A model generated the notes under the pieces. The model did not search any database, was not told the origin of the DNA, and saw only the letters and a program-made list of their open reading frames with translations. The position numbers were made by a program, and so were the translations under genes. Below, piece by piece: positions 1 through 8,786 of a DNA stretch of 50,290 bases. Each line of letters begins with the position of its first letter. Positions within the stretch are counted from its first letter, which is position 1. This stretch comes from Escherichia phage JLBYU07. The stretch is taken from sequence record OK272485.1; one strand, 5' to 3'.

Positions 1-930
1 TTATAGCAGTGATTCGGGCTTGTAGAGTTTTCTTTCTACGCCCTGTTTAAAATTATCGTTAACAGGCATCATTATGTCAAGCCCTCTTTCCTCTGCCGCG
101 ATTATCACATCACGATCATCTTTCCGGCAGACTACGCGCATTCTTCTTTCTCCTTTATATCTATGCGCAACCATTTCAAGATTTGAAGGAGTAAAACAGG
201 CCCACACCTCTTGACCAGTTGATAAATGAACATGCTGAGAATCAACCCAATCAAGGCACAAATAGATCGTCTTATCTGTGCTACCTGTTTTAACAACAGA
301 TCCGCGCGTGTAGTCGCGAGCTAAAAACCAATCCTTTCCATCCTCATCAATGAAAAGCACGTTACACATTTCATCATCCAGCCCGTCATCATGCACCAGG
401 TGACAAGGTAGCGCGTGAATGTATCGACCATCCTTGACGCCGCAATCATAATGACAATCTTCCGGCGGATATATCCCCTCATAAACGCTTAAAGGTGTGC
501 GATCGAATTTTAATGTTTTTGCCATCACTTTTTCGCAACATTCATGACTTGCCTGTTTCCCGAACGAGTAACCAGAAGAACGCGAAGCGCGTTTGTTTGC
601 TCTGATCCTGTAATCTTGTGGCACTTTTCCGAGGAAGCGACCCAAAATGTTGATGGCCTCGCTGTAAGGTTCGCCAGTTAATTTCATTAACCAACCGATC
701 CCCGTGTCGTTGCCGCATACGTTGCAGATCGCGCCGCCGTCGCCCTCTTCATTTAGCTTATCAGTCCATCTAAAACGATCCTTGCCGCCGCAGTGTGGGC
801 AAGGTTGATGCTTTTTGTTGAAAACATCGCTATGCAGTCCGCAAATGCTTTGTAGTGCTTCACGCCATAACCCCTTCATATATGGCAAAACATCTTCTTT
901 CTGATAGGTCATAAAGTTTTCAGTATTCAT
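1..930 (-). CDS. DNA primase (zinc-ribbon plus TOPRIM-like)
   Basis: 309 aa; zinc ribbon CPHCGG...CNVCG near N-terminus, acidic DxD/E clusters (FIDEDG, RKDDRD); GAGG RBS before ATG at 930; track ORF start at 1008 overlaps upstream gene and lacks RBS. Confidence 0.6.
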   Translation of the reverse strand: MNTENFMTYQKEDVLPYMKGLWREALQSICGLHSDVFNKKHQPCPHCGGKDRFRWTDKLNEEGDGGAICNVCGNDTGIGWLMKLTGEPYSEAINILGRFLGKVPQDYRIRANKRASRSSGYSFGKQASHECCEKVMAKTLKFDRTPLSVYEGIYPPEDCHYDCGVKDGRYIHALPCHLVHDDGLDDEMCNVLFIDEDGKDWFLARDYTRGSVVKTGSTDKTIYLCLDWVDSQHVHLSTGQEVWACFTPSNLEMVAHRYKGERRMRVVCRKDDRDVIIAAEERGLDIMMPVNDNFKQGVERKLYKPESLL

Positions 931-985
931 GGCAAACCTCAATAAAAAAGCCCAGCAAATATTATCATTTCGCTGAGCCTTATCA

Positions 986-1462
986 TTAGCTATTTGTGCT
1001 GTTATCACCTTTGTAGAATCGTCCGCCTGGTTCGTAGTCTGAATTTTTGACTACGCGCAACATCTCGTATTTGTCGCAACGGGTAGTAAGAGGCTTACCG
1101 TTAGAATCAAACCGCAGATCTGGACGACAAAATGATGCGCGGTATCCTTTGCATCCATTATATTTGTAGTCGTTATGCACCTTTTGTGCTCCAGCGGCTG
1201 AAATCATACCACGCTTTCGCCATTGGTTAACGACTTGCTGAGATACGCGTAGACGTCGAGCCATAGCAGGAACACCGCCATAATACTCGATCAGAATATC
1301 CAAGCGAGATTTCAGGCTTGCTTTTACCTCATCTCGCAGGATAAGAAATCCGGTTCGGTGTTTTCGTGGCTTTTTGTCTTTACCTCGTCGCGTTCCGTTG
1401 TTACCGTTAATAGTGCGCTTGTCGATCTCACCCGTAGACACCGCAATTCGTGCATCTTTCAT
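986..1462 (-). CDS. HTH-containing DNA-binding protein
   Basis: 158 aa; GAGGTG RBS; helix-turn-helix-like segment AMARRLRVSQQVVNQWRKRG; basic N-terminus. Confidence 0.5.
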   Translation of the reverse strand: MKDARIAVSTGEIDKRTINGNNGTRRGKDKKPRKHRTGFLILRDEVKASLKSRLDILIEYYGGVPAMARRLRVSQQVVNQWRKRGMISAAGAQKVHNDYKYNGCKGYRASFCRPDLRFDSNGKPLTTRCDKYEMLRVVKNSDYEPGGRFYKGDNSTNS

Positions 1463-1473
1463 CTAGTCACCTC

Positions 1474-1493
1474 ATAGCATTTTTTGTTAAAAC
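1474..1493 (+). promoter_or_regulatory. conserved intergenic box copy (variant ATAGCATTTTTTGTTAAAAC)
   Basis: divergent region between 986-1462 and helicase; antisense copy abuts RBS of minus gene. Confidence 0.6.
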
Positions 1494-1549
1494 AGTTTAT
1501 TGTAATGAGTCTATTATATACTCCAAATGGCATTTTTTAAAGGTTTAAG

Positions 1550-3547
1550 ATGATTCCAAATATCGAAAAACAAATATCAGCGTTAGGCGAGGCAGTAATA
1601 AAAAGCATCCAAGAGCGATTCACGGTTGGCAATATAGTGCCTTATCCTTATCAGTGCGTTGCGTATGCCGAGATCGCAAAGCGCATGAAAAACTATGAGC
1701 ATCCTTTCTTTGTTAAGGCTTCTGTGTCGGCTGGCAAAACATTGATGTTTGCGATGGTTGCGGCGCAATGCCGCAAAATGGGATTGAAAATGATGGTCCT
1801 TGCTCGCCAGGCTGAAATTGTTGATCAGGATTCGGAAGAGATCAGCAATCTTGGCGTGCCAAACTCAATCTATTGCGCCGGACTGAAAACAAAAAGCGCA
1901 TACTTTCCGATCGTGGTCGGTTCTGAGGGCACTGTAGTAAACGGATTGTTTAAGTCGTTAGGTGATTATGTTCCGCACGTTATCGGTATTGATGAATGTC
2001 ACCAGGTGGATTGGGAGGATCTCGCCGACGCGATAGAAAATAATGAATCTTACCAGCAGATGACCACTAAGAAGGATTTGCCTGTACTGATTGGAGAAGA
2101 ACAGCAATTTGATTCCAATGGCGATCCAATGTTCGGAACAGGGCGCACACAGTACACCGTAATAATCATGGAAATGATGCGCAGGTGTCGCGAGGCATAC
2201 GGGCACGAATTGCGAATATTCGGTATGACTGGATCTGAATTTCGCGGCGTTGTTCCAATACTGGTTGAAGATAAGAACAAAAAGGGATTCTGGCGTGAGC
2301 AGGTGACTAACATAGACACAAACTACTTAATCAAATTCGGTTCGGTAGTGCCAACAAACTTCGGCGACGTAGGCGACCTGGGTTATGACCTTTCAGAGTT
2401 CGAAGCCAGTAGCGAGGATGGCGTTTCAGACTTTGACGCTAAAACATTGCGCAAGATGGAAGAAAAGATCCATCAAGACGCAACAATGACACAGAAAATC
2501 ATGGCTAAAGTCCATGAGATATGCAAAGACAGGAACGGAGTTTTAGTTACATGCGCAGGGGAAAGACACTGCAAGGAGGCCGCCGCCGCACTGCCGCCAG
2601 GCGTTGAATACAGGATCATAACTGGCAAGACTGGAGATAATCAGCGTAAAGAGTGGCTGAGGGAGGCATACGAGGGAAAAGTAAAATACATCTTCCAGGT
2701 ACAGGCGCTTACCACTGGCGTTAACGTTCCGTTTTGGGATACTTCGGTAATACTGAGAAAGATAGGATCTCTAACATTGCTTATCCAGCTTTTGGGGCGC
2801 GGTATGCGACTGCTTAAGCAATGGCACATTGAGCAGGGATTCAAGAAAAAAGACCATCTTGTATTGGATTTTGCCGGTACTATGGATGAGTTAGGGGATT
2901 TGTATTTCGATCCAATCCTTGAGCAAGCGCAATTCCAAAAGAGATTTACAAACGGGAAAGAGCCTAAGACTTGTCCGATATGTGGAACGCTAAACAGCTT
3001 TTACGCTCGCCGATGTATGCACGTAGACGATAACGGGAAGAGATGCGAGCATTTTTGGACTTACAGAATTTGCGAGGACCAGGTAGATCCGAGAACGAAA
3101 AAGATAATCAAGCGCGGTTGCGGAACAAAAAACGACGTAGTGGCGAGAGTATGCCGTTGTTGCGATATTTCTCTTGTCGATCCTAACGAGAAGTTAAGCG
3201 GTAAGCACTACACCAAAAACGATTGGTGCAACGTTAAATCTTTCCGCGTTGATATGACGAAAAACCAGAAAGGAATTATTTTTTGCTATGAGCTTGAGGC
3301 CAACGGCGACACGTTCAAGGCATACGAAAGATTTTTCCCTGAGTCAGAAAGCAACATTTGCAGGACGATATGGAGAAAAATAGCATTGCAGCACATACCG
3401 GATCGCAAGATTGCTGGTATGGTGGCGAGCTATAGAAATGCGCGTAAAATAATGTCATACGCTCATCACATCATGCCGCCTGTACGCGTAACGCATCGCA
3501 AAAACGGCAAAGGTGAGGATAACATTGCAAAACGGGAGTTTGTTTAA
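1550..3547 (+). CDS. SF2 (DEAD/DEAH-type) DNA helicase
   Basis: 665 aa; Walker A SVSAGKT, DECH box (GIDECHQ), C-terminal Cys clusters (CPICG, CRCC). Confidence 0.8.
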   Translation: MIPNIEKQISALGEAVIKSIQERFTVGNIVPYPYQCVAYAEIAKRMKNYEHPFFVKASVSAGKTLMFAMVAAQCRKMGLKMMVLARQAEIVDQDSEEISNLGVPNSIYCAGLKTKSAYFPIVVGSEGTVVNGLFKSLGDYVPHVIGIDECHQVDWEDLADAIENNESYQQMTTKKDLPVLIGEEQQFDSNGDPMFGTGRTQYTVIIMEMMRRCREAYGHELRIFGMTGSEFRGVVPILVEDKNKKGFWREQVTNIDTNYLIKFGSVVPTNFGDVGDLGYDLSEFEASSEDGVSDFDAKTLRKMEEKIHQDATMTQKIMAKVHEICKDRNGVLVTCAGERHCKEAAAALPPGVEYRIITGKTGDNQRKEWLREAYEGKVKYIFQVQALTTGVNVPFWDTSVILRKIGSLTLLIQLLGRGMRLLKQWHIEQGFKKKDHLVLDFAGTMDELGDLYFDPILEQAQFQKRFTNGKEPKTCPICGTLNSFYARRCMHVDDNGKRCEHFWTYRICEDQVDPRTKKIIKRGCGTKNDVVARVCRCCDISLVDPNEKLSGKHYTKNDWCNVKSFRVDMTKNQKGIIFCYELEANGDTFKAYERFFPESESNICRTIWRKIALQHIPDRKIAGMVASYRNARKIMSYAHHIMPPVRVTHRKNGKGEDNIAKREFV

Positions 3548-3966
3548 TGGCTATAACTGATAAAGGAGATTATCTTGAGTTTTACGAAAGAGATCCAACC
3601 GACACTAGAAAGGAAGTTAATCACCAGATAGATAGCTTTCAGTGGTTGACTTATACTCATCCTTACTTGCTGGCGTGGCATACGGTAAACGAGAATGAGA
3701 AGTCTAAAGCAACGGCGATGATTGATCAGCAGTCCGGCTTGGTTAAGGGTGTAAGCGATTTCATCATCCTGATTGGTTTAAACGGAAAATACCCATTTGC
3801 AGCGATTGAGATCAAACGAGTGAATAAATCAGGCAAGGGTAAAGCATCACCAGTCAGCGATGAACAAAAGGCTTTTTTGCGTCGAGTTCGCAGCTTAGGA
3901 GGATTCGCTGCGGTCGCCTACGGATTTAATCAGTTTAAGTTGGCTATTGAATACATGCTTAAATAG
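3547..3966 (+). CDS. VRR-NUC domain nuclease
   Basis: 139 aa; PD-(D/E)XK-type pattern GVSDFIIL...AIEIK...SDEQ typical of VRR-NUC; ATGA-coupled to helicase; stop TAG lies in conserved box. Confidence 0.75.
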   Translation: MAITDKGDYLEFYERDPTDTRKEVNHQIDSFQWLTYTHPYLLAWHTVNENEKSKATAMIDQQSGLVKGVSDFIILIGLNGKYPFAAIEIKRVNKSGKGKASPVSDEQKAFLRRVRSLGGFAAVAYGFNQFKLAIEYMLK

Positions 3967-3982
3967 CACTTTTTGTTAAAAC
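3962..3982 (+). promoter_or_regulatory. conserved intergenic box AATAGCACTTTTTGTTAAAAC
   Basis: exact copy; TAG is stop of VRR-NUC gene; followed by hairpin TGGCGCGATGGATTGCGCCA and ATAATT. Confidence 0.65.
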
Positions 3983-4045
3983 TGGCGCGATGGATTGCGC
4001 CATAATTCAATAACACGAGATAGCTTTTAATAGCGGAGAAATGAA

Positions 4046-4771
4046 ATGGCTAAAGATATTTTAGATAAAGACACCCATGACGCATTCGTTAGCTTTGAGC
4101 AGTTGGAGAGAGAAACATTTATAGGGAATGCCCTTGCAACTGGAGGCCATTACCAGGCAGTAAAGCCAAATCAATATTATAAGGTAAGCGGCAACCGATA
4201 CGCTGGAAGCACTACGCCGGACGTTGTGCGCGATATGTGGAGCACACCTCAAGAGATCGTGGAGTGGATGGAATCAGAATTTGGCGAATACGATCTCGAC
4301 GCGGCAGCAAGCCAGGAAAACGCAGTTTGCGAGAAGTTCTATAGCAAGGAAACAAACTGCTTAAAGCGTTGGTGGGGTAGCAACAAGCACGTATGGCTTA
4401 ACCCGCCGTACAGCAACCCAACTCCATTTATCAAGAAAGCAATTGAGCAAATGGAGCACAACAACCAAATTGATGTTTTGTTGCCATCCGACAACTCTAC
4501 AGCATGGTTTTATGAGGCGCAGAAAAACGCGGCTGAAATCATCTGGATCACTGGCGAGGTTTACGAAGAGGGGGGAGTGGAATATTCCAGCACCGGAAGA
4601 ATCGCCTTTGTGTCTGGATTGACTGGCGAGCCTGTACAGGGCAACAATAAGGGGAGCGTGATTTTTGTCATGCGTAAACTTAAAGAAGGCGAAGAGCAGA
4701 AAACGCGATACGTTAAGATCAGCGATATTTGTCCTTCTGTTACCGAACGCCGAGCACGCAAACGGAGTTAA
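4046..4771 (+). CDS. dam: DNA N6-adenine methyltransferase (phage Dam family)
   Basis: 241 aa; catalytic NPPY motif (WLNPPYSNP), FxxYDLDAAAS SAM-binding region; GGAG RBS. Confidence 0.8.
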   Translation: MAKDILDKDTHDAFVSFEQLERETFIGNALATGGHYQAVKPNQYYKVSGNRYAGSTTPDVVRDMWSTPQEIVEWMESEFGEYDLDAAASQENAVCEKFYSKETNCLKRWWGSNKHVWLNPPYSNPTPFIKKAIEQMEHNNQIDVLLPSDNSTAWFYEAQKNAAEIIWITGEVYEEGGVEYSSTGRIAFVSGLTGEPVQGNNKGSVIFVMRKLKEGEEQKTRYVKISDICPSVTERRARKRS

Positions 4772-4775
4772 TACG

Positions 4776-5015
4776 ATGGAAAAAGAGAGAAGCGTTTTAC
4801 TTAATGAGGATGGCGAATTTCTTTTATATCGCGCTATGGTGTGCGACTGTATGGAAAAAAATTCGTTCGTTAAGCCATATATTGATTGCGATTTGTGGGA
4901 GTTTTCCGGCTGCCTGGATATGAGTTTTGAGGAAACTAGAAAACATCCTCTTGAAAAATGGCATGAAATAATTGCTAAAGACCTGCAAGAATTTTACGAT
5001 TCAGCGATCAAATAG
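4776..5015 (+). CDS. hypothetical Cys-rich protein
   Basis: 79 aa; GGAG RBS 8 nt upstream of ATG 4776; track ORF 4665 start lies inside dam; stop TAG in conserved box. Confidence 0.55.
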   Translation: MEKERSVLLNEDGEFLLYRAMVCDCMEKNSFVKPYIDCDLWEFSGCLDMSFEETRKHPLEKWHEIIAKDLQEFYDSAIK

Positions 5016-5031
5016 CACTTTTTGTTAAAAC
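5011..5031 (+). promoter_or_regulatory. conserved intergenic box AATAGCACTTTTTGTTAAAAC
   Basis: exact copy; TAG is stop of gene 4776-5015; followed by hairpin and ATAATT. Confidence 0.65.
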
Positions 5032-5087
5032 GCCCAGCCTAGTGTCGGGCATAATTATTTCAACGAAACAAACATGAGGAAATAAAA

Positions 5088-5267
5088 ATGGTAGTATTCG
5101 ATAAACGCGCTTTTAATCTTGCTCAAGAGGTGGCAAAAGGTTCAGTGGATGGCGATTCAAAGGAAGGATTCCAGTTTGATTGGGAGATCGCAATGTTTTT
5201 ACTGAAAGTTGCATACGGTCACGCACCAATTGAACAAGCGGAGGCATATTATAAGCATGAAGGTTGA
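5088..5267 (+). CDS. hypothetical small protein
   Basis: 59 aa, below ORF-track threshold; GAGGA RBS; hand-translated MVVFDKRAFNLAQEV... Confidence 0.5.
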   Translation: MVVFDKRAFNLAQEVAKGSVDGDSKEGFQFDWEIAMFLLKVAYGHAPIEQAEAYYKHEG

Positions 5268-5499
5268 GCAAGGAAGAGATGCGGTATGGAATCACGCTAA
5301 AGAATGCGGTATTGCCGACGACATAAAGAAGATCGCGCAATACTTTGATATTGCAGATGTGAGCATAATTAGCGGCGACAAGATGACTTTCCTCAAGGAA
5401 AGGCCGCGAAAAATGGTAAGAGTTCCAGCAGTTCCAACAAAAATTGATTTCAAAGAGGCAATGGCTAAAATCCGAGAGCCTCGCAAATATTATAAATGA
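5257..5499 (+). CDS. hypothetical protein
   Basis: 80 aa; ATG 5257 overlaps stop of upstream small gene; GGAGG RBS. Confidence 0.5.
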   Translation: MKVEQGRDAVWNHAKECGIADDIKKIAQYFDIADVSIISGDKMTFLKERPRKMVRVPAVPTKIDFKEAMAKIREPRKYYK

Positions 5500-5593
5500 T
5501 GATAGTTATCATGTGGCGCTTGTTTGTTCTACCGTTACCCGTTATCATCGCTGTTACAGTTATGTACCATATAGTGATGAGATAGGTAGCAGA

Positions 5594-6709
5594 ATGAAAA
5601 ATGTAAAAATTACAGATGAGCAATTCAAGATCGAACGGGCGGCGGGTAAGACATATAAACAGATCGCTCAAGAGTACGGAATGAATGTTAGAAGCGTCGA
5701 GCGTCGCGCGGCGCGTCTTGCAAAGCAAGGCCAGGTATCCACCATTGGAGCGCCTGGTTTTGGAGTTCATGGTGAGTCAGTAATGACTGACAAAGAAGGC
5801 AACATAATCCTAAAGTGGACTAAAACCAGCAAGGATAAAGAGCAATTAGAAGCATTAATGCGCGCAGCAATGGAGGCATTTAGCGAGGAAGTGCCGCGAT
5901 TAGATCCGGTCCCATTACAGGAGCGCGACTATAACGAAACGCTTTCCTTGTATCCGATCTTTGACATGCACTTAGGCGCTATGGCCCATAAGCACGAATG
6001 CGGCGAAAATTGGGATACTGCCACGGCAGAGCGCGTTATGAATAACTTTATCGACTATGCTTTAATGTGCGCACCGGATAGCGAAAAGGCTGTCATCCTG
6101 ATTGGTGGCGATATGCTGCATAGCGACGGCCTGGAGGCGGTTACACCTGCAAGCGGTCACGTACTGGATCAAGATAGTCGATATGCAAAATTGGTTTACG
6201 TTGCCATCCGTGCAATGCGACGCGCAATCAATAAAATGTTGTTAAAGCATAAACATGTTGAAGTCCAGATCGTAGAGGGAAATCATGACCAATCAGGAAT
6301 GATTTGGCTGCGCGCAGCAATGGCGGCAGCATATGAAAACGAGCCGCGCGTTTACGTTGATGTTTCACCTCGCGTTGTGCACCACACGCAATACGGAAAA
6401 ACTTTCCTTGCGTACCATCACGGGCACACAGTGCGTAAACCGGAGACTTTGCTAATGATGTGCGCGTCAGATTGGCGGGAGGACTTCGGAAACTCAAAAA
6501 CGATGTATGCGCACGTAGGGCACTGGCATCACCAGACCGTGACAGAAACGTCGCTTGGCATCGTTGAGGTGCATAGCACCCTGGCGGCAAAAGACGCATA
6601 CGCCGCGCGCGGTGGCTGGAGATCTCGACGCCGTGCGGCGGTTATCATTTACGACAAAGAGCATGGAGAGGTGGGGCGATTTGTTCACTATCCAGAAATG
6701 ATGAATTGA
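5594..6709 (+). CDS. HTH - calcineurin-like metallophosphoesterase fusion protein (SbcD/Mre11-like motifs)
   Basis: 371 aa from ATG 5594; N-terminal HTH KTYKQIAQEYGMNVRSVERRAARLAKQ; motifs FDMHLG, LIGGDMLHSDG, VEGNHDQ, YHHGH, VGHWHHQ. Confidence 0.65.
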   Translation: MKNVKITDEQFKIERAAGKTYKQIAQEYGMNVRSVERRAARLAKQGQVSTIGAPGFGVHGESVMTDKEGNIILKWTKTSKDKEQLEALMRAAMEAFSEEVPRLDPVPLQERDYNETLSLYPIFDMHLGAMAHKHECGENWDTATAERVMNNFIDYALMCAPDSEKAVILIGGDMLHSDGLEAVTPASGHVLDQDSRYAKLVYVAIRAMRRAINKMLLKHKHVEVQIVEGNHDQSGMIWLRAAMAAAYENEPRVYVDVSPRVVHHTQYGKTFLAYHHGHTVRKPETLLMMCASDWREDFGNSKTMYAHVGHWHHQTVTETSLGIVEVHSTLAAKDAYAARGGWRSRRRAAVIIYDKEHGEVGRFVHYPEMMN

Positions 6710-6755
6710 TGAATTTTTATTTAAATCAATGACAAATTAAATCAAAAACTTGCAA

Positions 6756-6788
6756 AGGGGCGGCGTTTGTCGCCTCTTTTTTTTGTTT
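6756..6788 (+). terminator. rho-independent terminator
   Basis: GC hairpin GGGGCGGCGTTTGTCGCCTC followed by T8. Confidence 0.6.
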
Positions 6789-6855
6789 AATTTTTTTACC
6801 ATGTACGTTTATCATGCGGTCAATATATTGACTTTAATTAATATGGAGAATAAAA

Positions 6856-7071
6856 ATGAAAGATTTTATTAACGCAGCTACCGCCGGATCTGGCGGTTCA
6901 TCTATCGCAAGCGCCGCTACAGGGCAGTTAACCATTGCTATTGCCAGTTTTGTTTTAATGGCTGCATTCGGTGCGTGGGGCGCTTACCTTCGCTGGCGTG
7001 ATAGTAAAAAATTCCACGAGGCGATCGAAAAAGGTGATATTCAAAAAGCTATTGAGATCAGGGGCAAGTAA
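6856..7071 (+). CDS. holin (single-TMD, pinholin-like)
   Basis: 71 aa; one hydrophobic helix [19 protein letters not shown], charged C-terminus; directly precedes endolysin. Confidence 0.6.
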   Translation: MKDFINAATAGSGGSSIASAATGQLTIAIASFVLMAAFGAWGAYLRWRDSKKFHEAIEKGDIQKAIEIRGK

Positions 7072-7562
7072 TGAGCATAAAGAACATGGTAGCGGCGGCG
7101 GCCTTTGGCGTTGCGGTTGCCTTGACTTCTCCACTTCTTGAAGAGATCGAAGGGGTAAGATACAAGCCATACAAAGATATTGCGGGAGTATGGACGGTTT
7201 GCGCAGGAATCACCGGACCCGATGTTATCCTGGGGAAAACGTACACTAAAAAAGAGTGTGATGCTTTGTTGGCTAAGCATATCCAGGTTGCTAAAAAGGA
7301 AGTTGACAAGCAAGTTAAGGTTTACATTCCTGATAGTATGCGTGCAGCAATGTACTCATTCACTTACAATGCAGGTGTGGGAGCTTTCAGAAATTCAACA
7401 ATGCTGAAACTCATCAACCAGGGGAAATTAAACGAGGCTTGCGATCAGCTTTATCGTTGGGCTTATTACCATAACCCAAAAACAGGAAAGCGAGAGAAGT
7501 CTAAAGGCTTGCTTAACAGGCGCAAGGTCGAATACAAATATTGCACAATGGATCTTAAATGA
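7071..7562 (+). CDS. SAR endolysin (T4-lysozyme-like muramidase)
   Basis: 163 aa; N-terminal signal-anchor-release helix [14 protein letters not shown]; catalytic E-x8-D-x5-T ([19 protein letters not shown]). Confidence 0.75.
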   Translation: MSIKNMVAAAAFGVAVALTSPLLEEIEGVRYKPYKDIAGVWTVCAGITGPDVILGKTYTKKECDALLAKHIQVAKKEVDKQVKVYIPDSMRAAMYSFTYNAGVGAFRNSTMLKLINQGKLNEACDQLYRWAYYHNPKTGKREKSKGLLNRRKVEYKYCTMDLK

Positions 7563-7954
7563 TGAAGAAATTTTTACTTACACCAATCGCAATGGCGGTG
7601 ATCTTGTCTGGATGTTCAAGCGTTACGCCACTGACCGGATTAATCGGCAGTAAGCCGGAAATCACAGCGCAGGCTGGCGCGGAGAACGTGAAGCAGACAG
7701 TTGGCATTACAGCAAGGCAGGACGCCAGCACAAAACAGGAAACCACAATAAAGGAATCTGCGGTTGACAAGGTGGACACGTCCAGCAAGAAGGATTTCAC
7801 AACATCAACCATTCAGGCCAATACCATCAAGGCAGACAAAATTCAGGTCGTGCAGGGTAATAACGGCAGATGGTACGATCCAGTAATCATATGCGTGGTT
7901 GTGTTTCTTGTGCTGATTTGTCTTTACTGGATAGAAAAGAAAAAGGAGGCTTAA
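7559..7954 (+). CDS. unimolecular spanin (T1 gp11-type)
   Basis: 131 aa; lipobox LSGC after signal peptide plus C-terminal [20 protein letters not shown]; ATGA overlap with endolysin. Confidence 0.7.
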   Translation: MMKKFLLTPIAMAVILSGCSSVTPLTGLIGSKPEITAQAGAENVKQTVGITARQDASTKQETTIKESAVDKVDTSSKKDFTTSTIQANTIKADKIQVVQGNNGRWYDPVIICVVVFLVLICLYWIEKKKEA

Positions 7955-7972
7955 CGCCTCCTTTATTTTTAT
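7944..7972. terminator. bidirectional rho-independent terminator
   Basis: hairpin AGGAGGCTTAACGCCTCCT flanked by A-run upstream and T-run downstream; sits between convergent genes. Confidence 0.6.
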
Positions 7973-8193
7973 GCGTCGGGCCACATATGGCTTTCGTTTG
8001 TTGGCTTGTTCGATTCGTCGTACTTCCTTACTTCAATGCTGCAAGTGTCGCCGTATAGTCCTGCAATCTTGCGCTCATTTTCAACCGCCGATTGCTCACT
8101 CCAGCCTGAATCCTTATCGTAAACTGTCGGGATTTCAGAAGAAGATCCATTTGCATGATTGTATACGCGAACTACTAAAAACTTGCTGGACAT
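7969..8193 (-). CDS. hypothetical protein
   Basis: 74 aa from ATG 8193 with AAGGA RBS; track start 8244 is non-ATG. Confidence 0.5.
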   Translation of the reverse strand: MSSKFLVVRVYNHANGSSSEIPTVYDKDSGWSEQSAVENERKIAGLYGDTCSIEVRKYDESNKPTNESHMWPDA

Positions 8194-8254
8194 AATTTTT
8201 CCTTTTTGGTTGTTTCGTTTCGATGAAACAAATATACCCGACACTAGGCCGGGC

Positions 8255-8275
8255 GTTTTAACAAAAAATGCTATT
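8255..8275 (-). promoter_or_regulatory. conserved intergenic box copy (minus orientation, variant GCAT)
   Basis: followed on the minus strand by the same GCCCGGCCTAGTGTCGGG hairpin seen at 5032. Confidence 0.6.
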
Positions 8276-8390
8276 CAATACGCTTTAACGTAACCAGTAA
8301 TACACCATCATCATTGCATAAAACATGTTCAGTGGTGCTAAAAGCGCGCATATCTGAATAAAGCAGCGTAAGTAACGCATGAATAAAATC

Positions 8391-8786
8391 TCATGTGAGA
8401 TTGAATTTACGGCGCAGTGCTTCAAGATCTTGTCTATTAGCTTTTGCCTGGAACAATTCATCATCGCCCATCTCCCCTATTCTAGCCATATCCCTGATCC
8501 AGTCGTTGCGCATACCATCCAGGCTATACAATTCGAATCCGAAAGGCCGCTTTGACGATCCTTTGGACCAGTATTTTCCGCAGACTCCATCTATATAACC
8601 AGCCGTCATCATTCTTGCGCAAAATTCCTTAGATGCAAGGCTGGCGAACATTCGCGGCGTAAGTCCGGCGGCCCGTGCGAGCCGCTCACATTCTCTATGC
8701 TGATAGATAAATTTGGCTATGTGCTGCCTGTTAAACCAGTCGTATGACTCACACCATTTATACAGATCAAGCAAAAACATAATCAT
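8391..8786 (-). CDS. hypothetical protein
   Basis: 131 aa; ATGA-coupled to upstream ATPase gene. Confidence 0.5.
   Translation of the reverse strand: MIMFLLDLYKWCESYDWFNRQHIAKFIYQHRECERLARAAGLTPRMFASLASKEFCARMMTAGYIDGVCGKYWSKGSSKRPFGFELYSLDGMRNDWIRDMARIGEMGDDELFQAKANRQDLEALRRKFNLT

Noticed and set aside
1-1008. Longer primase start at 1008
   Set aside because: Would overlap the upstream gene by 23 nt and lacks an RBS; the ATG at 930 has a GAGG RBS.
3962-3982. Reading the conserved box as a sigma54 promoter (TGGCAC-N5-TTGC) or as a sigma70 -35 element
   Set aside because: GG is replaced by AG and the GC element is 2 nt too close for sigma54; as a -35 element the distance to the ATAAT-like hexamer is 22-23 nt, outside the 16-18 nt window.
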